The translations under genes were made by a program, and so were the position numbers. A stretch of DNA of 64,000 nt from Lachnospiraceae bacterium (GTDB taxonomy: Bacteria; Bacillota; Clostridia; Lachnospirales; Lachnospiraceae): the NCBI GenBank assembly GCA_017634455.1, contig JAGBNK010000017.1, positions 59,625 to 123,624 of the forward strand, read 5' to 3'. Under the pieces are notes generated by a model that searched no databases, had not been told where the DNA came from, and saw only the letters and a list, made by a program, of their open reading frames with translations. Shown here piece after piece: positions 19,367 through 29,641 of this stretch. Within the stretch, counting starts at the first letter, position 1, and each line of letters begins with the position of its first letter.

Positions 19367-19393
19367 TTAGCACTCGTCAAGGGCGAGTGCTAA
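19367..19393. promoter_or_regulatory. CIRCE operator (HrcA binding site)
   Basis: TTAGCACTC-GTCAAGGGC-GAGTGCTAA is a perfect match to the consensus TTAGCACTC-N9-GAGTGCTAA. It lies 127-153 nt upstream of the clpB start codon. Confidence 0.85.
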
Positions 19394-19420
19394 CAATTAA
19401 TAAAAATTTAAGATTTTCAA

Positions 19421-20050
19421 TTAGAATCCCAGATTATCATTTACCATAATCACGTGAATTCGGCCTGTGTGGCGGGAATATCTGGTGATAAGGAACTGAC
19501 AGCAAATTGTATCAGGTGATTTGCAGTTCATACATGAACCGGTCTTGGCACAAGGAGTGCTGAGATTAAATCTCTGAGCATTAACAGGTGCTGCCACATT
19601 TCTGGCGCGCTTCATAGCTGAGTCCACATCAGGGCACACCTTGTTCATTCCCACAATGAAAATCACATGCTTCGGTCCCTGGGCAATAGCTGATACTCTA
19701 TTAGAATTTCCATCAATATTTACCAATACCCCATCTTCTGTAATAGCGTTAGCACTAGATAAGAAGTAGTCTGCATCATAAGCCGCCAGCATTGCAGCTC
19801 TCTTATCCTCATAATTATCTCTATCAATAAAATTGTACTCATCTGTACATACCGCATCTACCAAGCCGATTTCACGAGCCGATGTGCATCCCCCCATGGT
19901 AATGCTTGAACCCCTCTCAATAAGAGACAGGGCAATCTCAAGAGCCTCTTCCTTGTTTGCCGCATAATGTCCAGTCATGTTTCTGGACTCCAAACCTTTA
20001 ATAACCTTCTGTGCCAACAACTCATTTCGCTTTAAAATCATCTCATTCAT
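19421..20050 (-). CDS. LUD-domain (LutC/YkgG-like, DUF162) protein
   Basis: 209 aa. Length and pattern resemble lactate-utilisation protein C-like proteins, with a Cys-rich C-terminal part (CAKTGSCMNCKSPDTICC). Confidence 0.7.
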   Translation of the reverse strand: MNEMILKRNELLAQKVIKGLESRNMTGHYAANKEEALEIALSLIERGSSITMGGCTSAREIGLVDAVCTDEYNFIDRDNYEDKRAAMLAAYDADYFLSSANAITEDGVLVNIDGNSNRVSAIAQGPKHVIFIVGMNKVCPDVDSAMKRARNVAAPVNAQRFNLSTPCAKTGSCMNCKSPDTICCQFLITRYSRHTGRIHVIMVNDNLGF

Positions 20051-20214
20051 AGCAATATTCCTTTCAGATTATACAATTTATAAATGTCTTGACCAATTTC
20101 TTATCATTTTATTCTAACACTTGTTGTATCATTTTGAACTGTTCGGTGTTCTTTTTTATTTCAAAAATAATCACCATTACTTATAAATTATTGAATCTGG
20201 AGGTAACAATAACA

Positions 20215-21582
20215 ATGAAATCAGAAAAACACAATGTCCAATCTGATCCTAACAGACTTGGTTTTGGTCGACTGATGTTGTGGAAAAGTTCCGACATCAC
20301 AGCCAGCTGGATCAACCTACTTATGTTAAACTACCTGTCAATCTACGCCAGTGATACCCTCGGGGTAAATGTCGGTGTAGTAGGTACACTCCTTCTCGCA
20401 TCTAAATTTGTAGATGGTATAACTGATTTACTTGCAGGCTGGATTGTAGACAACACACATACCAAGCTCGGCAAAGCAAGACCTTATGAATTATGCATTC
20501 TGGGAATGACAATATGTACTATATTATTATTCTCTTGTTCCCCTGAATGGTCATACAATTTCAAGTTAGTATGGATATTTATTATGTATACACTTACATT
20601 TTCAATATTCACAACCTTGCGTCAGGGAGCTAGCAACCCATATACCATCAGACATTTCTCCAACAATCCTGTATTGTTGAAAAAAGTTGCATCTTATGGC
20701 GGTATTATCTCTATGGCAGGTTCAATGATACTTGCAATTGTATTCCCTGTATTAATGGGCAAAATTGCCACAAGCCCAGCAGGATGGACCAGACTTGTAG
20801 CGGCTATTATGATTCCAGGCACATTTATCGGCATACTTCGTTTCATTTTCTGCAAAGAAGACGAGAGTGTAGATGCAGAATCCAGTCAGGAACCTGTTAA
20901 AATCAAAGAAATATTTACCATGTTTTCAAAAAACAAATATGTATGGCTCTTTGCCATCATAATGTTGTGTTATAACATTATTGTCAACTTAGCTGCCGGA
21001 ACTTACTTCTTCAAATGGGTTATTGGAGATGTATCACTATTAGGACTTAGCTCTATGCTTTCCATTGTGCTTCTTCCGCTGATGATGTTCTTCCCTAAAA
21101 TCATGGATAAACTTCATTCTATGGGCAAGATGATATTCCTCTTCTCCATCATCGGAGTTGTAGGTTATGGCATATGTTTCCTGGGAAATGATAATCTAGT
21201 TATCGTTATGATTGGATTTATTATGGGACAGTTCTCTACTCTTCCTCTTTCATACTATGGAATATTATTTATCATGAATATCTGTACCTACAACGAGATT
21301 CTGGGATTGCCTCGAATGGATGGTTCCGCAGGAATTCTGTCTAATTTCTCCACTAAGGTTGGCGGAGCTTTAGGAGCATTTATCACAGGAGGGTTGCTTC
21401 AATTATCCGGTTATATCTCTGCGGAAAATGTTGTGTCTCAACCAGATTCCGCTGTATTGATGATTCGTGTAGTATATGCCATTTTGCCATTGATTATGGT
21501 TGCTGTAATTGGAATCTGCTCTCTTGCATTTTCAAAGCTTGAACCTATAGCTGAAGCCTTCGAAGCGAAAAAGCAACATTAA
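20215..21582 (+). CDS. GPH-family (glycoside-pentoside-hexuronide) cation symporter, MFS-like
   Basis: GPH signature DGITDLLAGWIVDNTHTKLGKARP and about 12 hydrophobic segments. I place the start at 20215, which has GGAGG about 11 nt upstream. Confidence 0.8.
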   Translation: MKSEKHNVQSDPNRLGFGRLMLWKSSDITASWINLLMLNYLSIYASDTLGVNVGVVGTLLLASKFVDGITDLLAGWIVDNTHTKLGKARPYELCILGMTICTILLFSCSPEWSYNFKLVWIFIMYTLTFSIFTTLRQGASNPYTIRHFSNNPVLLKKVASYGGIISMAGSMILAIVFPVLMGKIATSPAGWTRLVAAIMIPGTFIGILRFIFCKEDESVDAESSQEPVKIKEIFTMFSKNKYVWLFAIIMLCYNIIVNLAAGTYFFKWVIGDVSLLGLSSMLSIVLLPLMMFFPKIMDKLHSMGKMIFLFSIIGVVGYGICFLGNDNLVIVMIGFIMGQFSTLPLSYYGILFIMNICTYNEILGLPRMDGSAGILSNFSTKVGGALGAFITGGLLQLSGYISAENVVSQPDSAVLMIRVVYAILPLIMVAVIGICSLAFSKLEPIAEAFEAKKQH

Positions 21583-21638
21583 TATACATATTTTCACAAA
21601 ACTAGTATATAATAGCTTTGGAAAGGAAAGGTGTAATT

Positions 21639-21968
21639 ATGGAATTATCTTCATTAAATAAAGAATACAAATTAGTTCGCCAGGACAATATGGATAAGTT
21701 CATCAAGCTTAGTCAGATTAATCCAAGCATAGTCTTAGTGGAAGAATATTGGATTACATCAGATCACACCATGGGCAATAGATGCTCATATTTCGAAGCT
21801 TATAATCAGGCTGAAGAGTATGCATATATGCTCGCTGCAAACCGCGCAGCATTAAATGTCAACAATGAGAAACCATTTATGATTTTGATAAATGGTCGCG
21901 AGACAACAGTAGATGGTAAGCTTGAAGATTACCTTGGTGGAAAACTTGAATCACTCAATAATAATTAA
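21639..21968 (+). CDS. Hypothetical protein (109 aa)
   Basis: ORF following the symporter. No recognisable motif. The start at MELSS is preferred over the track start at 21618. Confidence 0.45.
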   Translation: MELSSLNKEYKLVRQDNMDKFIKLSQINPSIVLVEEYWITSDHTMGNRCSYFEAYNQAEEYAYMLAANRAALNVNNEKPFMILINGRETTVDGKLEDYLGGKLESLNNN

Positions 21969-21980
21969 ACCTGAATATTT

Positions 21981-22018
21981 AAAAAGGCTGATGCGTTTCA
22001 TTTCGCATCAGCCTTTTC
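21981..22018. terminator. Bidirectional rho-independent terminator between convergent genes
   Basis: GGCTGATGCG (21986-21995) pairs with CGCATCAGCC (22004-22013). It is flanked by an A-run (21981-21985) and a T-run (22014-22017). Confidence 0.75.
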
Positions 22019-22033
22019 TATTTATATTCTATG

Positions 22034-23578
22034 TTAATCCTCTGCAGGAACCTGTGTATCCCTCTCTTCAAGAGTTTCAAGAATATCTGCATATCCACTT
22101 GTAGATGCATGCTGCATAGATGAAGAATTCATCTGATCATTAATAGCCTTGGCAGTCTTGGCAATCGGCTGAACTGTTCCAGCTCCGGCAATACATCCGC
22201 CTGGACAAGCCATACCTTCCAACAGATAACCATTGTATCTACCAGCCTTAGCCATAGTCAGAAGCTTACGACAGTTATCAAGTCCGTCAGCCTTCTCCAT
22301 CTTAATTTCCATATCAGGATAGTTCTCCTTGATGTACTCAGCAACTGCATGAGCCACACCACCACCAACAGCAAATCCTCTACCATCAGCAGATGCTCCG
22401 TGCATTGAATGATCAACCTCAAGCTTATCAAACTCAACACCCTTGGCCTCAAACATACCCATAACTTCCTCAAATGTGAGAACGAAGTCAATATCAGATC
22501 TGATTGATTTTCTCATTGCTTCAAGCTTCTTAGCTGAGCAAGGTCCGATAAATGCAACCTTGGCATTTGGGTACTCTTTCTTGATCAATCTACCTGTAAG
22601 TACCATTGGCGTCAAAGCCATGGAAATACATTTTGCCTGCTCTGGGAATAATTTCTTGGCCATCATAGACCACGCAGGACAACATGATGTAGCCATAAAC
22701 GGAATCTCATTTGGCACTTCTCTAACGAAATCCTCCGCCTCTGAGATGGTACATAAATCCGCGCCAATAGCAACTTCAACTACATCTTCAAATCCCAACG
22801 CCTTGAAACCGGAACGAATCTTCTGTGGTGTCATATCCGGGCCAAACTGTCCCGTAACAGCAGGAGCAATGGCAGCAAATACTGGCGCATCACTCTTGAT
22901 AGCCTGGATTGTCTGGAATATCTGTGCCTTGTCAGCAATAGCACCAAATGGGCAATTAGCAAGACACTGACCACATGATACACATTTCTCATAATCAATA
23001 TCTGCGCATCCAGCCTCATCAGAAGAAATAGCCTTCATACCACAAGACTTGGCACAAGGTCTCTCCATCTTCAAAATAGCTCCATATGCACAGGCATCCT
23101 TACACTTACCGCACTTGATACATTTCTCAGGATCAATATGAGACTTGCCATCGTATATGCTTATAGCATCCTTTGGGCACACTTCCTTACATGGATGTGC
23201 CAGGCATCCCTGACAAGCATCTGTTACCTTCATCACATTGTCAGGACACTTGTGACAAGCAAACTTGATGATATTAATAAGAGGCGGCTCATAGTATGTC
23301 TCATCCTTGGTACACTCATCCACACCATCTGTAATTGGATCATACTCATCATAAGAACGGAGATTCAATCCCATTGCCAGACGAACTCTCTCACGCACAA
23401 TAGCTCTCTCCAAGAAAGCACTATCTCTATACTTGGCAACTGTTCCAGGGATAATCTTGTATGGAAGCTGATGCATAATCTCCATATCGAATCCCTCGTC
23501 ATACTCATAAGACAACTTTGCAACTTCCGCAAATACATTCTTACGGATGTCATTTACGTTTGTGTAAATTCCTCTCAT
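22034..23578 (-). CDS. [FeFe]-hydrogenase catalytic subunit with an N-terminal multi-Fe-S-cluster region
   Basis: H-cluster motifs TSCCPAW (L1), GPCSAKK (L2) and EGMACPGGCIAGAG (L3). Several CxxCxxCxxxCP ferredoxin motifs lie upstream. Confidence 0.88.
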   Translation of the reverse strand: MRGIYTNVNDIRKNVFAEVAKLSYEYDEGFDMEIMHQLPYKIIPGTVAKYRDSAFLERAIVRERVRLAMGLNLRSYDEYDPITDGVDECTKDETYYEPPLINIIKFACHKCPDNVMKVTDACQGCLAHPCKEVCPKDAISIYDGKSHIDPEKCIKCGKCKDACAYGAILKMERPCAKSCGMKAISSDEAGCADIDYEKCVSCGQCLANCPFGAIADKAQIFQTIQAIKSDAPVFAAIAPAVTGQFGPDMTPQKIRSGFKALGFEDVVEVAIGADLCTISEAEDFVREVPNEIPFMATSCCPAWSMMAKKLFPEQAKCISMALTPMVLTGRLIKKEYPNAKVAFIGPCSAKKLEAMRKSIRSDIDFVLTFEEVMGMFEAKGVEFDKLEVDHSMHGASADGRGFAVGGGVAHAVAEYIKENYPDMEIKMEKADGLDNCRKLLTMAKAGRYNGYLLEGMACPGGCIAGAGTVQPIAKTAKAINDQMNSSSMQHASTSGYADILETLEERDTQVPAED

Positions 23579-23647
23579 ATTTTATTTTCCTTTCCTACTC
23601 ACAACTATAAATACTTCTATATAAATAACAAGTTATAACCTTGCAGT

Positions 23648-24238
23648 TTATTCTACATCATCATTTATGAGGCTCTCTACAAATCTATGTTTGCCATCCT
23701 TGTACTCATATACTCTGATTTCACAATTCTTGGGTCTAGGGCGCCACTTGATTCCATTGCGACGATCCTCCAAGTATCCGCAGATAGCTCTGATGATTCC
23801 GCCATGACATACTACCAATACATTCTCATAGTCCTTGGCTTCCAATTCACGCATAAATGAAGAGCTTCTCTCCACCATCTCCGATACTGTCTCAACAGTC
23901 TTTGGCGCTGGAAATATTTCTGGGAAGCCCCAGTACAGTGACATCCGCAACCCTACTGCACCGTACTTTCTCAAATCATATTTGCCAAATTCCGCTTCAA
24001 TAATTCTATCGTCAATTATCAAATCCTTCTCATCAATATGACCAATAATCGAAGCTGTCTTTTTGGCTCTATCCAAAGGGCTTGCATATACTGCATCAAA
24101 CTTAACATCTGCCACCTTGGTAGCTGCATGTCTCGCCTGCTCAATCCCCACTTCATTAAGTGGTTCATCTACACGTCCCTGCATAATTTCCTGTTTATTT
24201 AAATTAGTCTGACCATGTCTTGTGACATAGATTCTCAT
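23648..24238 (-). CDS. Histidine phosphatase family protein
   Basis: RHGQTNLN motif and a CHGG region. Second member of this family in the window. Confidence 0.85.
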   Translation of the reverse strand: MRIYVTRHGQTNLNKQEIMQGRVDEPLNEVGIEQARHAATKVADVKFDAVYASPLDRAKKTASIIGHIDEKDLIIDDRIIEAEFGKYDLRKYGAVGLRMSLYWGFPEIFPAPKTVETVSEMVERSSSFMRELEAKDYENVLVVCHGGIIRAICGYLEDRRNGIKWRPRPKNCEIRVYEYKDGKHRFVESLINDDVE

Positions 24239-24405
24239 ATAACATACTCCATCTCAATTGATTGTTATTTTTTTCACATATATCTTATCATAGTTTATTT
24301 ATGTCTATTGTGCATAATCAAATACAAAAATACATTTTGGACAAAACATCCATAATCCATCGTATTTTCTTACACTTAATATAACAAATGAATAATCTAC
24401 TAACA

Positions 24406-24447
24406 ACAAAAAACTCTTTGGGGCACTCACAGTACCCCAAAGAGTTT
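24406..24447 (-). terminator. Rho-independent terminator after ddh
   Basis: AAACTCTTTGGGG (24411-24423) pairs with CCCCAAAGAGTTT (24435-24447), with a U-tract on the minus transcript. Confidence 0.75.
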
Positions 24448-24549
24448 CCTTATCATTTTTATCGTATACCATTTTTGCCAATATCTCATCATGGCCATAT
24501 TTATTTTAAATTATAAAACATAACACGCTGATCCATGAGCTTATTCTAA

Positions 24550-25533
24550 TTATAAGAGATGAGCTCTCAATTCCTCGCCGCTCTTATCTGAGAAATATGC
24601 TGGTGGAATATCAAGGATAGTCTTGCATCCTGTCATTCCCTCGGCCTTCATTCTGTAAGCAGCTCTAGCCACACATACCAATACGCTTGTTGTAAACTCT
24701 GGATTTGAATCCAATGTCAACTTATATTCGATAATGTGATTATGCTCCTTGTCTGCTCCAGTCTTACCTGATCTGAATACATAACCGCCATGAGCTAATC
24801 CTTGATGATTTGCATTAAACTCTTCCTCTGAGATGAAGTTCACTGTTGTATCATAATCAGCGAAGTAGTTAGGCATCTCCTTGATTTCCTTCTCAACTCT
24901 AGCTGCATCAGCTCCATCCTCGAGAACTACGAAGCATTCTCTTGTATGCATCTGACGAGTTGTAAATGTAGGATTCTCCCCATTTCTAACAGCCTCAAGA
25001 GAAGCTTCTACAGGAACTGTATACTGCTTAGCATTCTTGACACCATCAATTCTTCTGATAGCATCTGAATGTCCCTGAGATACACCCTTGCCCCAGAAAG
25101 TATAATCCTTGCCATCAGGAAGGATTGCATTGGCATAAGTTCTCATGATAGAGAACATTCCAGGATCCCATCCACATGAGATTACTGCAATCTTGTCAGC
25201 AGACTTAGCAGCCGCATCAACATTTGCAAAATGCTCTGGAATTCTGGCGTGTGTATCAAACGAATCAACTACGTTGAACATCTGTGCATATTCAGGTGTC
25301 ATCTCTGGCAAATCTGTTGCGCTACCACCACACAGAATCATTACATCTATTTTATCTTTCCAATCAGCTACCTCTGATACATTCACAACAGGTACACCAG
25401 CTGTCAAAATCTGTACGCTTGAAGGATCTCTTCTTGTAAATACTGCCACAAGTTCCATGTCTACAGCATCACGAACAGCAACTTCTACGCCGCGTCCCAA
25501 ATTTCCATAACCCATAATTCCAAGTCTAATCAT
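24550..25533 (-). CDS. ddh: meso-Diaminopimelate D-dehydrogenase
   Basis: 327 aa. The N-terminus MIRLGIMGYGNLGRGVE...VAVFTRR closely follows the Ddh pattern known from Corynebacterium and Bacillus sphaericus enzymes. Confidence 0.85.
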   Translation of the reverse strand: MIRLGIMGYGNLGRGVEVAVRDAVDMELVAVFTRRDPSSVQILTAGVPVVNVSEVADWKDKIDVMILCGGSATDLPEMTPEYAQMFNVVDSFDTHARIPEHFANVDAAAKSADKIAVISCGWDPGMFSIMRTYANAILPDGKDYTFWGKGVSQGHSDAIRRIDGVKNAKQYTVPVEASLEAVRNGENPTFTTRQMHTRECFVVLEDGADAARVEKEIKEMPNYFADYDTTVNFISEEEFNANHQGLAHGGYVFRSGKTGADKEHNHIIEYKLTLDSNPEFTTSVLVCVARAAYRMKAEGMTGCKTILDIPPAYFSDKSGEELRAHLL

Positions 25534-25748
25534 CTTTCTTCCTCCTTGATCATACTATTCATGTGCATATACTCAAGCATTTCATCAGGCCACTTCATCC
25601 GTTGTCCTTATATCGATCTGCTATAAATACTTATTTAAAAATATGCCATATCATTTCACAAGAAATAATATAGCATATCCTTTATTGTACTAAAATAATT
25701 TTTTTGCTAAAATTTGCAATCAATCTCATTCTAATTTCTACATATATT

Positions 25749-26501
25749 CTAAATTTCTTGATAATAATATCTGATTGGAAGTTCCAGACCATGGGATTCG
25801 AGCAATTCCTTGTCCCTCAATATTTCATCAGCAGGTCCATCGGCAATTATCTCTCCCTCATATAGAAGCACCACCCTGTCACAGGTATCCAATACAAAAT
25901 CCAAATCGTGACTTGCAATAATCTTCATTGGTTCCAAATCATTTAACAGGTTAATCAGGTGCCTCCTGTTCTGAGGATCCAATGCCACCGATGGTTCATC
26001 CATCAATATAATATCCGGTTCCATTGATAAAATAGTTGCAATGGATGCCAGCTTCTTCTCTCCACCAGACAACTTATATACCTGCTTATCTCTCAAATGC
26101 TCTATATGTGTCAGTCGCAAAGCCTCATCAACTCTACGATTCACCTCGTCCTGAGGCAGGCCATAATTAATAGGGCCAAAAGCCACATCCTCCTGCACAG
26201 TTGTCATAAAAAGTTGATTGTCCGAGTCCTGAAATACATATCCTATATGCTCACGGATATGATTTACATTTTCCCGAACCATAGGATGATTAACCACCTC
26301 AAGAGTGCCATCATAATCCAGAAGAAGTCCCACCAGAAGCTTCAGCAAAGTTGACTTTCCCACACCGTTAGTTCCAATGACACCGATGCTCTCTCCATGG
26401 TTTACATCAATATTAATATTTCGCAGAACCGGCTCATCATTCTCATAATGATAACTCAGATTTTCTATATGTAATAAATGTTTCTCTATTCCAGTTTTCA
26501 T
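25749..26501 (-). CDS. cbiO: ECF-type Co/Ni transporter ATPase
   Basis: Walker A GTNGVGKST, signature LSGGEKK, Walker B ILMDEP. Overlaps the upstream gene by 4 nt. Confidence 0.88.
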   Translation of the reverse strand: MKTGIEKHLLHIENLSYHYENDEPVLRNINIDVNHGESIGVIGTNGVGKSTLLKLLVGLLLDYDGTLEVVNHPMVRENVNHIREHIGYVFQDSDNQLFMTTVQEDVAFGPINYGLPQDEVNRRVDEALRLTHIEHLRDKQVYKLSGGEKKLASIATILSMEPDIILMDEPSVALDPQNRRHLINLLNDLEPMKIIASHDLDFVLDTCDRVVLLYEGEIIADGPADEILRDKELLESHGLELPIRYYYQEI

Positions 26502-27331
26502 ACAAACAAACCTCCAAGTGCCTCAACCACATTGGTGAATCTAAATATGGCAAATATAACCACCCAGCACACCAGATAAATAATATCAGCTTTATTGAAT
26601 TTATGATCTCCCACATATTTGTACTCTCCATTGAAGCCTCGAAGCTGCATGCTTTCATATACAGTCTCCGCCCGGTCCATGCTTCGAATCAACCATTGTC
26701 CCACCAGAGGTCCCCAAGCCTTATAGTGAATTCCCCTTTGAGACGGTGCACGAAGTTTATAGGCTGTCATTATGCGGCTGGCCTCCTCACCTAATATGTA
26801 GATATATCTGTTGATAAGCAAGATAACCAGCGCCAGAATCTGAGGCATGTGAAGTTTGCGCATTGCATAGCATATCTCCTCAATGGATGTGGTAGCTATC
26901 AATATGTAAGCTGCAAGCACCGCATATATTCCCTTGAGCATAAGAGTCAGCATGGAAATAACTCCTGCAGATATAGCAATTCCGCCTGCATGTTCTCCAT
27001 TTGCCATTACAGTACCGCCAATATATAGCATAATATCTCTGTCAAATATTGGGTTAAATATACCTACCACCATAACCAGTGGCAAAATCAGTCTCATGCG
27101 ATATAGGGCATCCTTGAATCTCAAATCCGCCAGATTGAATTCAATAAATGGATAAATAGCAAATACAAGCATTTTGCTCAAATCATATTTGCCAATTGAA
27201 ACAACTGAAATAATATATAAGAATGTTAAAAGCAGCTTAACCAGTGGATGAAGATTATTCACCCACTGGTCTCGCTGCTGTAAAGTATTTATTTTTGAAA
27301 TTTCTTTTAGACTACTATCAATACTTGCCAT
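26498..27331 (-). CDS. cbiQ: ECF transporter transmembrane (T) component
   Basis: Polytopic membrane protein in the CbiQ position of the operon, with conserved Arg-containing coupling helices (ARAxxxRG-like: RAPSQRG). Confidence 0.82.
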   Translation of the reverse strand: MASIDSSLKEISKINTLQQRDQWVNNLHPLVKLLLTFLYIISVVSIGKYDLSKMLVFAIYPFIEFNLADLRFKDALYRMRLILPLVMVVGIFNPIFDRDIMLYIGGTVMANGEHAGGIAISAGVISMLTLMLKGIYAVLAAYILIATTSIEEICYAMRKLHMPQILALVILLINRYIYILGEEASRIMTAYKLRAPSQRGIHYKAWGPLVGQWLIRSMDRAETVYESMQLRGFNGEYKYVGDHKFNKADIIYLVCWVVIFAIFRFTNVVEALGGLFV

Positions 27332-27335
27332 TTAC

Positions 27336-28367
27336 CTATGCTTCGGCTTCTTTTTTATTATTCTTGAAGAACTTGAAAGCCAAGCTTACACCTACACATA
27401 GTAACACGACAACCAATCCGCCTACAAGTCCTGATGTGGTTGTGCCAAGTACAGAATCAGATCCCTTGAAAGCATAATCTGGCAAAAGAGAAGTTGCTGT
27501 CTGAATATTATTTGCCACATCATAAGCACCACCTGCTGCCTCAAGCTCGCTTGTTCCTGCAACCTGTTCCATAGACCACTCAAGTCCATCTGGATATGCC
27601 GAAGCGAAAAGCGATACGATACCCGCTGCAATAGCTGCTACAATTGCAAGAACACCAAGAGTTTTCTTAAATGTTAACTTGCCCTTTGAATCAGCAACAT
27701 CAATAGATGTAAAATTCTCATTTCCGCCAACACCCCAGAGCATCTCTGGTCTGGCTTCATGAATAAATACCAAAACTGCTGAAGTAATGAGGCCTTCTAC
27801 AAAACCAATTGCCAAGTGAATAGGCTGCATTGTTGCAACGAATACACTAAATGGTAATTCTGTAATGCCTGATGCCAAAGTCTCTAATACTACTGAAAAT
27901 GCTCCCAGCTGCAATGTGAGGACACATCCCAAAATTGAAGCTCCTACAATCTTGCCCTTTGAAGCGCCCTTTTTCATAATCGGCTTCCATATTAATAATG
28001 ATCCAATAAAGCATCCGTAGAATGCCATATTCCATACATTTGCTCCCAAAGCTAACAGTCCACCATCAGCAAACATTAGACACTGAACCAACAGCACTCC
28101 AATCATTGTAAGGAATCCTGCCCAAGGTCCAAGCAATGCCGAAAGCATCATGCCTCCACATAAGTGTCCTGAAGAACCTGTTCCAGGAATTGTGAAGTTC
28201 AACATCTGTGTTGCGAAAACAAATGCTCCCATTACTCCCATTACAGGAATCTTCTTTGGATCATTTTCCATCTTAACTTTCTTAATTGAATAAGCAGCTA
28301 CTCCTGTAGATGCCACATACATTGTTCCTGCAACCGCTGGTGCAAGAAGCGCGTCTGCCATATGCAT
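27336..28367 (-). CDS. cbiM: CbiM/NikM substrate-capture component fused to a CbiN-like PDGLE domain
   Basis: N-terminal MHMADALL (the metal-ligating MH N-terminus typical of CbiM/NikM). The C-terminal extension contains YPDGLEW plus a final TM helix. Confidence 0.83.
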   Translation of the reverse strand: MHMADALLAPAVAGTMYVASTGVAAYSIKKVKMENDPKKIPVMGVMGAFVFATQMLNFTIPGTGSSGHLCGGMMLSALLGPWAGFLTMIGVLLVQCLMFADGGLLALGANVWNMAFYGCFIGSLLIWKPIMKKGASKGKIVGASILGCVLTLQLGAFSVVLETLASGITELPFSVFVATMQPIHLAIGFVEGLITSAVLVFIHEARPEMLWGVGGNENFTSIDVADSKGKLTFKKTLGVLAIVAAIAAGIVSLFASAYPDGLEWSMEQVAGTSELEAAGGAYDVANNIQTATSLLPDYAFKGSDSVLGTTTSGLVGGLVVVLLCVGVSLAFKFFKNNKKEAEA

Positions 28368-28681
28368 AATTCTATATTCCCCTTCCTTGTTGTTTTATCA
28401 ACTCTGTACTACATCTTATATAAAGAGTCACCTGCTCACAAGCCCCCCTGGGGGTTATTAGATAACTTGTTTTTGTTCTTTTATAAATACATTTCACACA
28501 GCAAATTTTTTCCAACAATATCCAATTTCTATATATTTGAGCAAAAAATCTGTATGCCACAATTTCTATCACTTCCTATAATAATGTCATAATCTTATTA
28601 ATAAATAATAAATCACTTTGCATCTGGCAGTCTCTATAGATTATGCTATAGATAAGAAGTGTTCTTTCAGGAGGTATAACC

Positions 28682-29536
28682 ATGAAAACAGGCGTACAAC
28701 AGATAATGCTTGGAACTATTTCCAAAAATGAATCACAGGCTCTAGACACTTTAAGGAAAATAAAAGCTGCAGGATATGACGGCATTGAGCTCAACGGCTT
28801 TATGATTCGTCCATCATCCATGATGGTTCGCATGCTCACAAAATTTGCAGGAATGCCAACAGGAAACGGCGGCAAATTCAACTGGCTGGAAATGACTCAG
28901 GTTGCCGGATTAGATATCATAAGCATCCATGAAGATTTAAATGGAATCAAAAATAATACGGATGCCATAATCGCTGAATGCGAGAAATATAATACCAAGA
29001 ACATTGTAATCACTGGCATGTATCGTTTTGACTACACTGACCCAGGGGCTATCAAAGGTTTATGTAATAACTTAAATACCTGCGGAGCCAGACTTGCTGA
29101 AGCCGGAATCACTTTAATGTATCACAATCACAATGTAGATTTTCTGAAGGTGGCAGGCACTGACAAATCCGCCTATGAGACTATTTTAGATGAAACAGAT
29201 CCTGATTCTGTGCACTTCGAGTTTGATTCTTATTGGGCTACAGAGTGCGGGGTAAATGTGCCAGCTCTAATGCATAAAATCGGAACACGCATGGATCTCT
29301 ACCATATTAATGACAGAGGTTCTCGTGTCACAGGCCCTTCCATGACTCCTATCCTGAAATCCGGCGCCATGGAATTAGGCACAGGCACAATGGATTTACC
29401 AACACTGGTTGACATAGCCCAAGGAAACGGTGTGGAAGCCATTGTTTTGGAGACACATAATAACTGGATTAACGGAGATCCTATGCAATCCATAGAGATA
29501 AGTGGTAAATATTTAGATAATCTGTTAAAAAAATAA
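28682..29536 (+). CDS. Sugar phosphate isomerase/epimerase (xylose isomerase-like TIM barrel)
   Basis: 284 aa. AGGAGG RBS. Pattern of the AP_endonuc_2 / TIM-barrel family (GYDGIEL, HNHN, FEFD, HINDR). Confidence 0.78.
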   Translation: MKTGVQQIMLGTISKNESQALDTLRKIKAAGYDGIELNGFMIRPSSMMVRMLTKFAGMPTGNGGKFNWLEMTQVAGLDIISIHEDLNGIKNNTDAIIAECEKYNTKNIVITGMYRFDYTDPGAIKGLCNNLNTCGARLAEAGITLMYHNHNVDFLKVAGTDKSAYETILDETDPDSVHFEFDSYWATECGVNVPALMHKIGTRMDLYHINDRGSRVTGPSMTPILKSGAMELGTGTMDLPTLVDIAQGNGVEAIVLETHNNWINGDPMQSIEISGKYLDNLLKK

Positions 29537-29641
29537 CGATATGTGTGGCCAATGTATTGATTTTTATACAAATCTAATTTATTATAGTACTCGGTTAAGA
29601 TTTTTTTAAATCAAACACAAAGGAAAGGATAGGTAAAAACT

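Noticed and set aside
20089-20214. 5-prime extension of the symporter ORF (track start 20089)
   Set aside because: The extension has no RBS and a non-protein-like sequence. ATG 20215 has a GGAGG upstream and begins a typical GPH N-terminus.
25534-25748. Possible lysine (L-box) riboswitch in the 215-bp leader of ddh
   Set aside because: I could not recognise any conserved L-box segments or a terminator/antiterminator pair by eye. The region is simply AT-rich.
28368-28681. Possible cobalamin or NiCo riboswitch, or a NikR operator, upstream of cbiM
   Set aside because: I read both strands and could not find a B12-box-like core, the conserved NiCo helices or a GTATGA-N16-TCATAC dyad. Only a short CCCCC-A-GGGGG palindrome (about 28443-28455) and a CTATAGAT direct repeat (about 28634-28653) are present. 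A covariance-model scan would be needed to settle this.
28576-28881. 101-aa minus-strand ORF overlapping the start of the sugar isomerase gene
   Set aside because: It is antisense to a well-supported plus-strand CDS, has no RBS, and has unusual composition.
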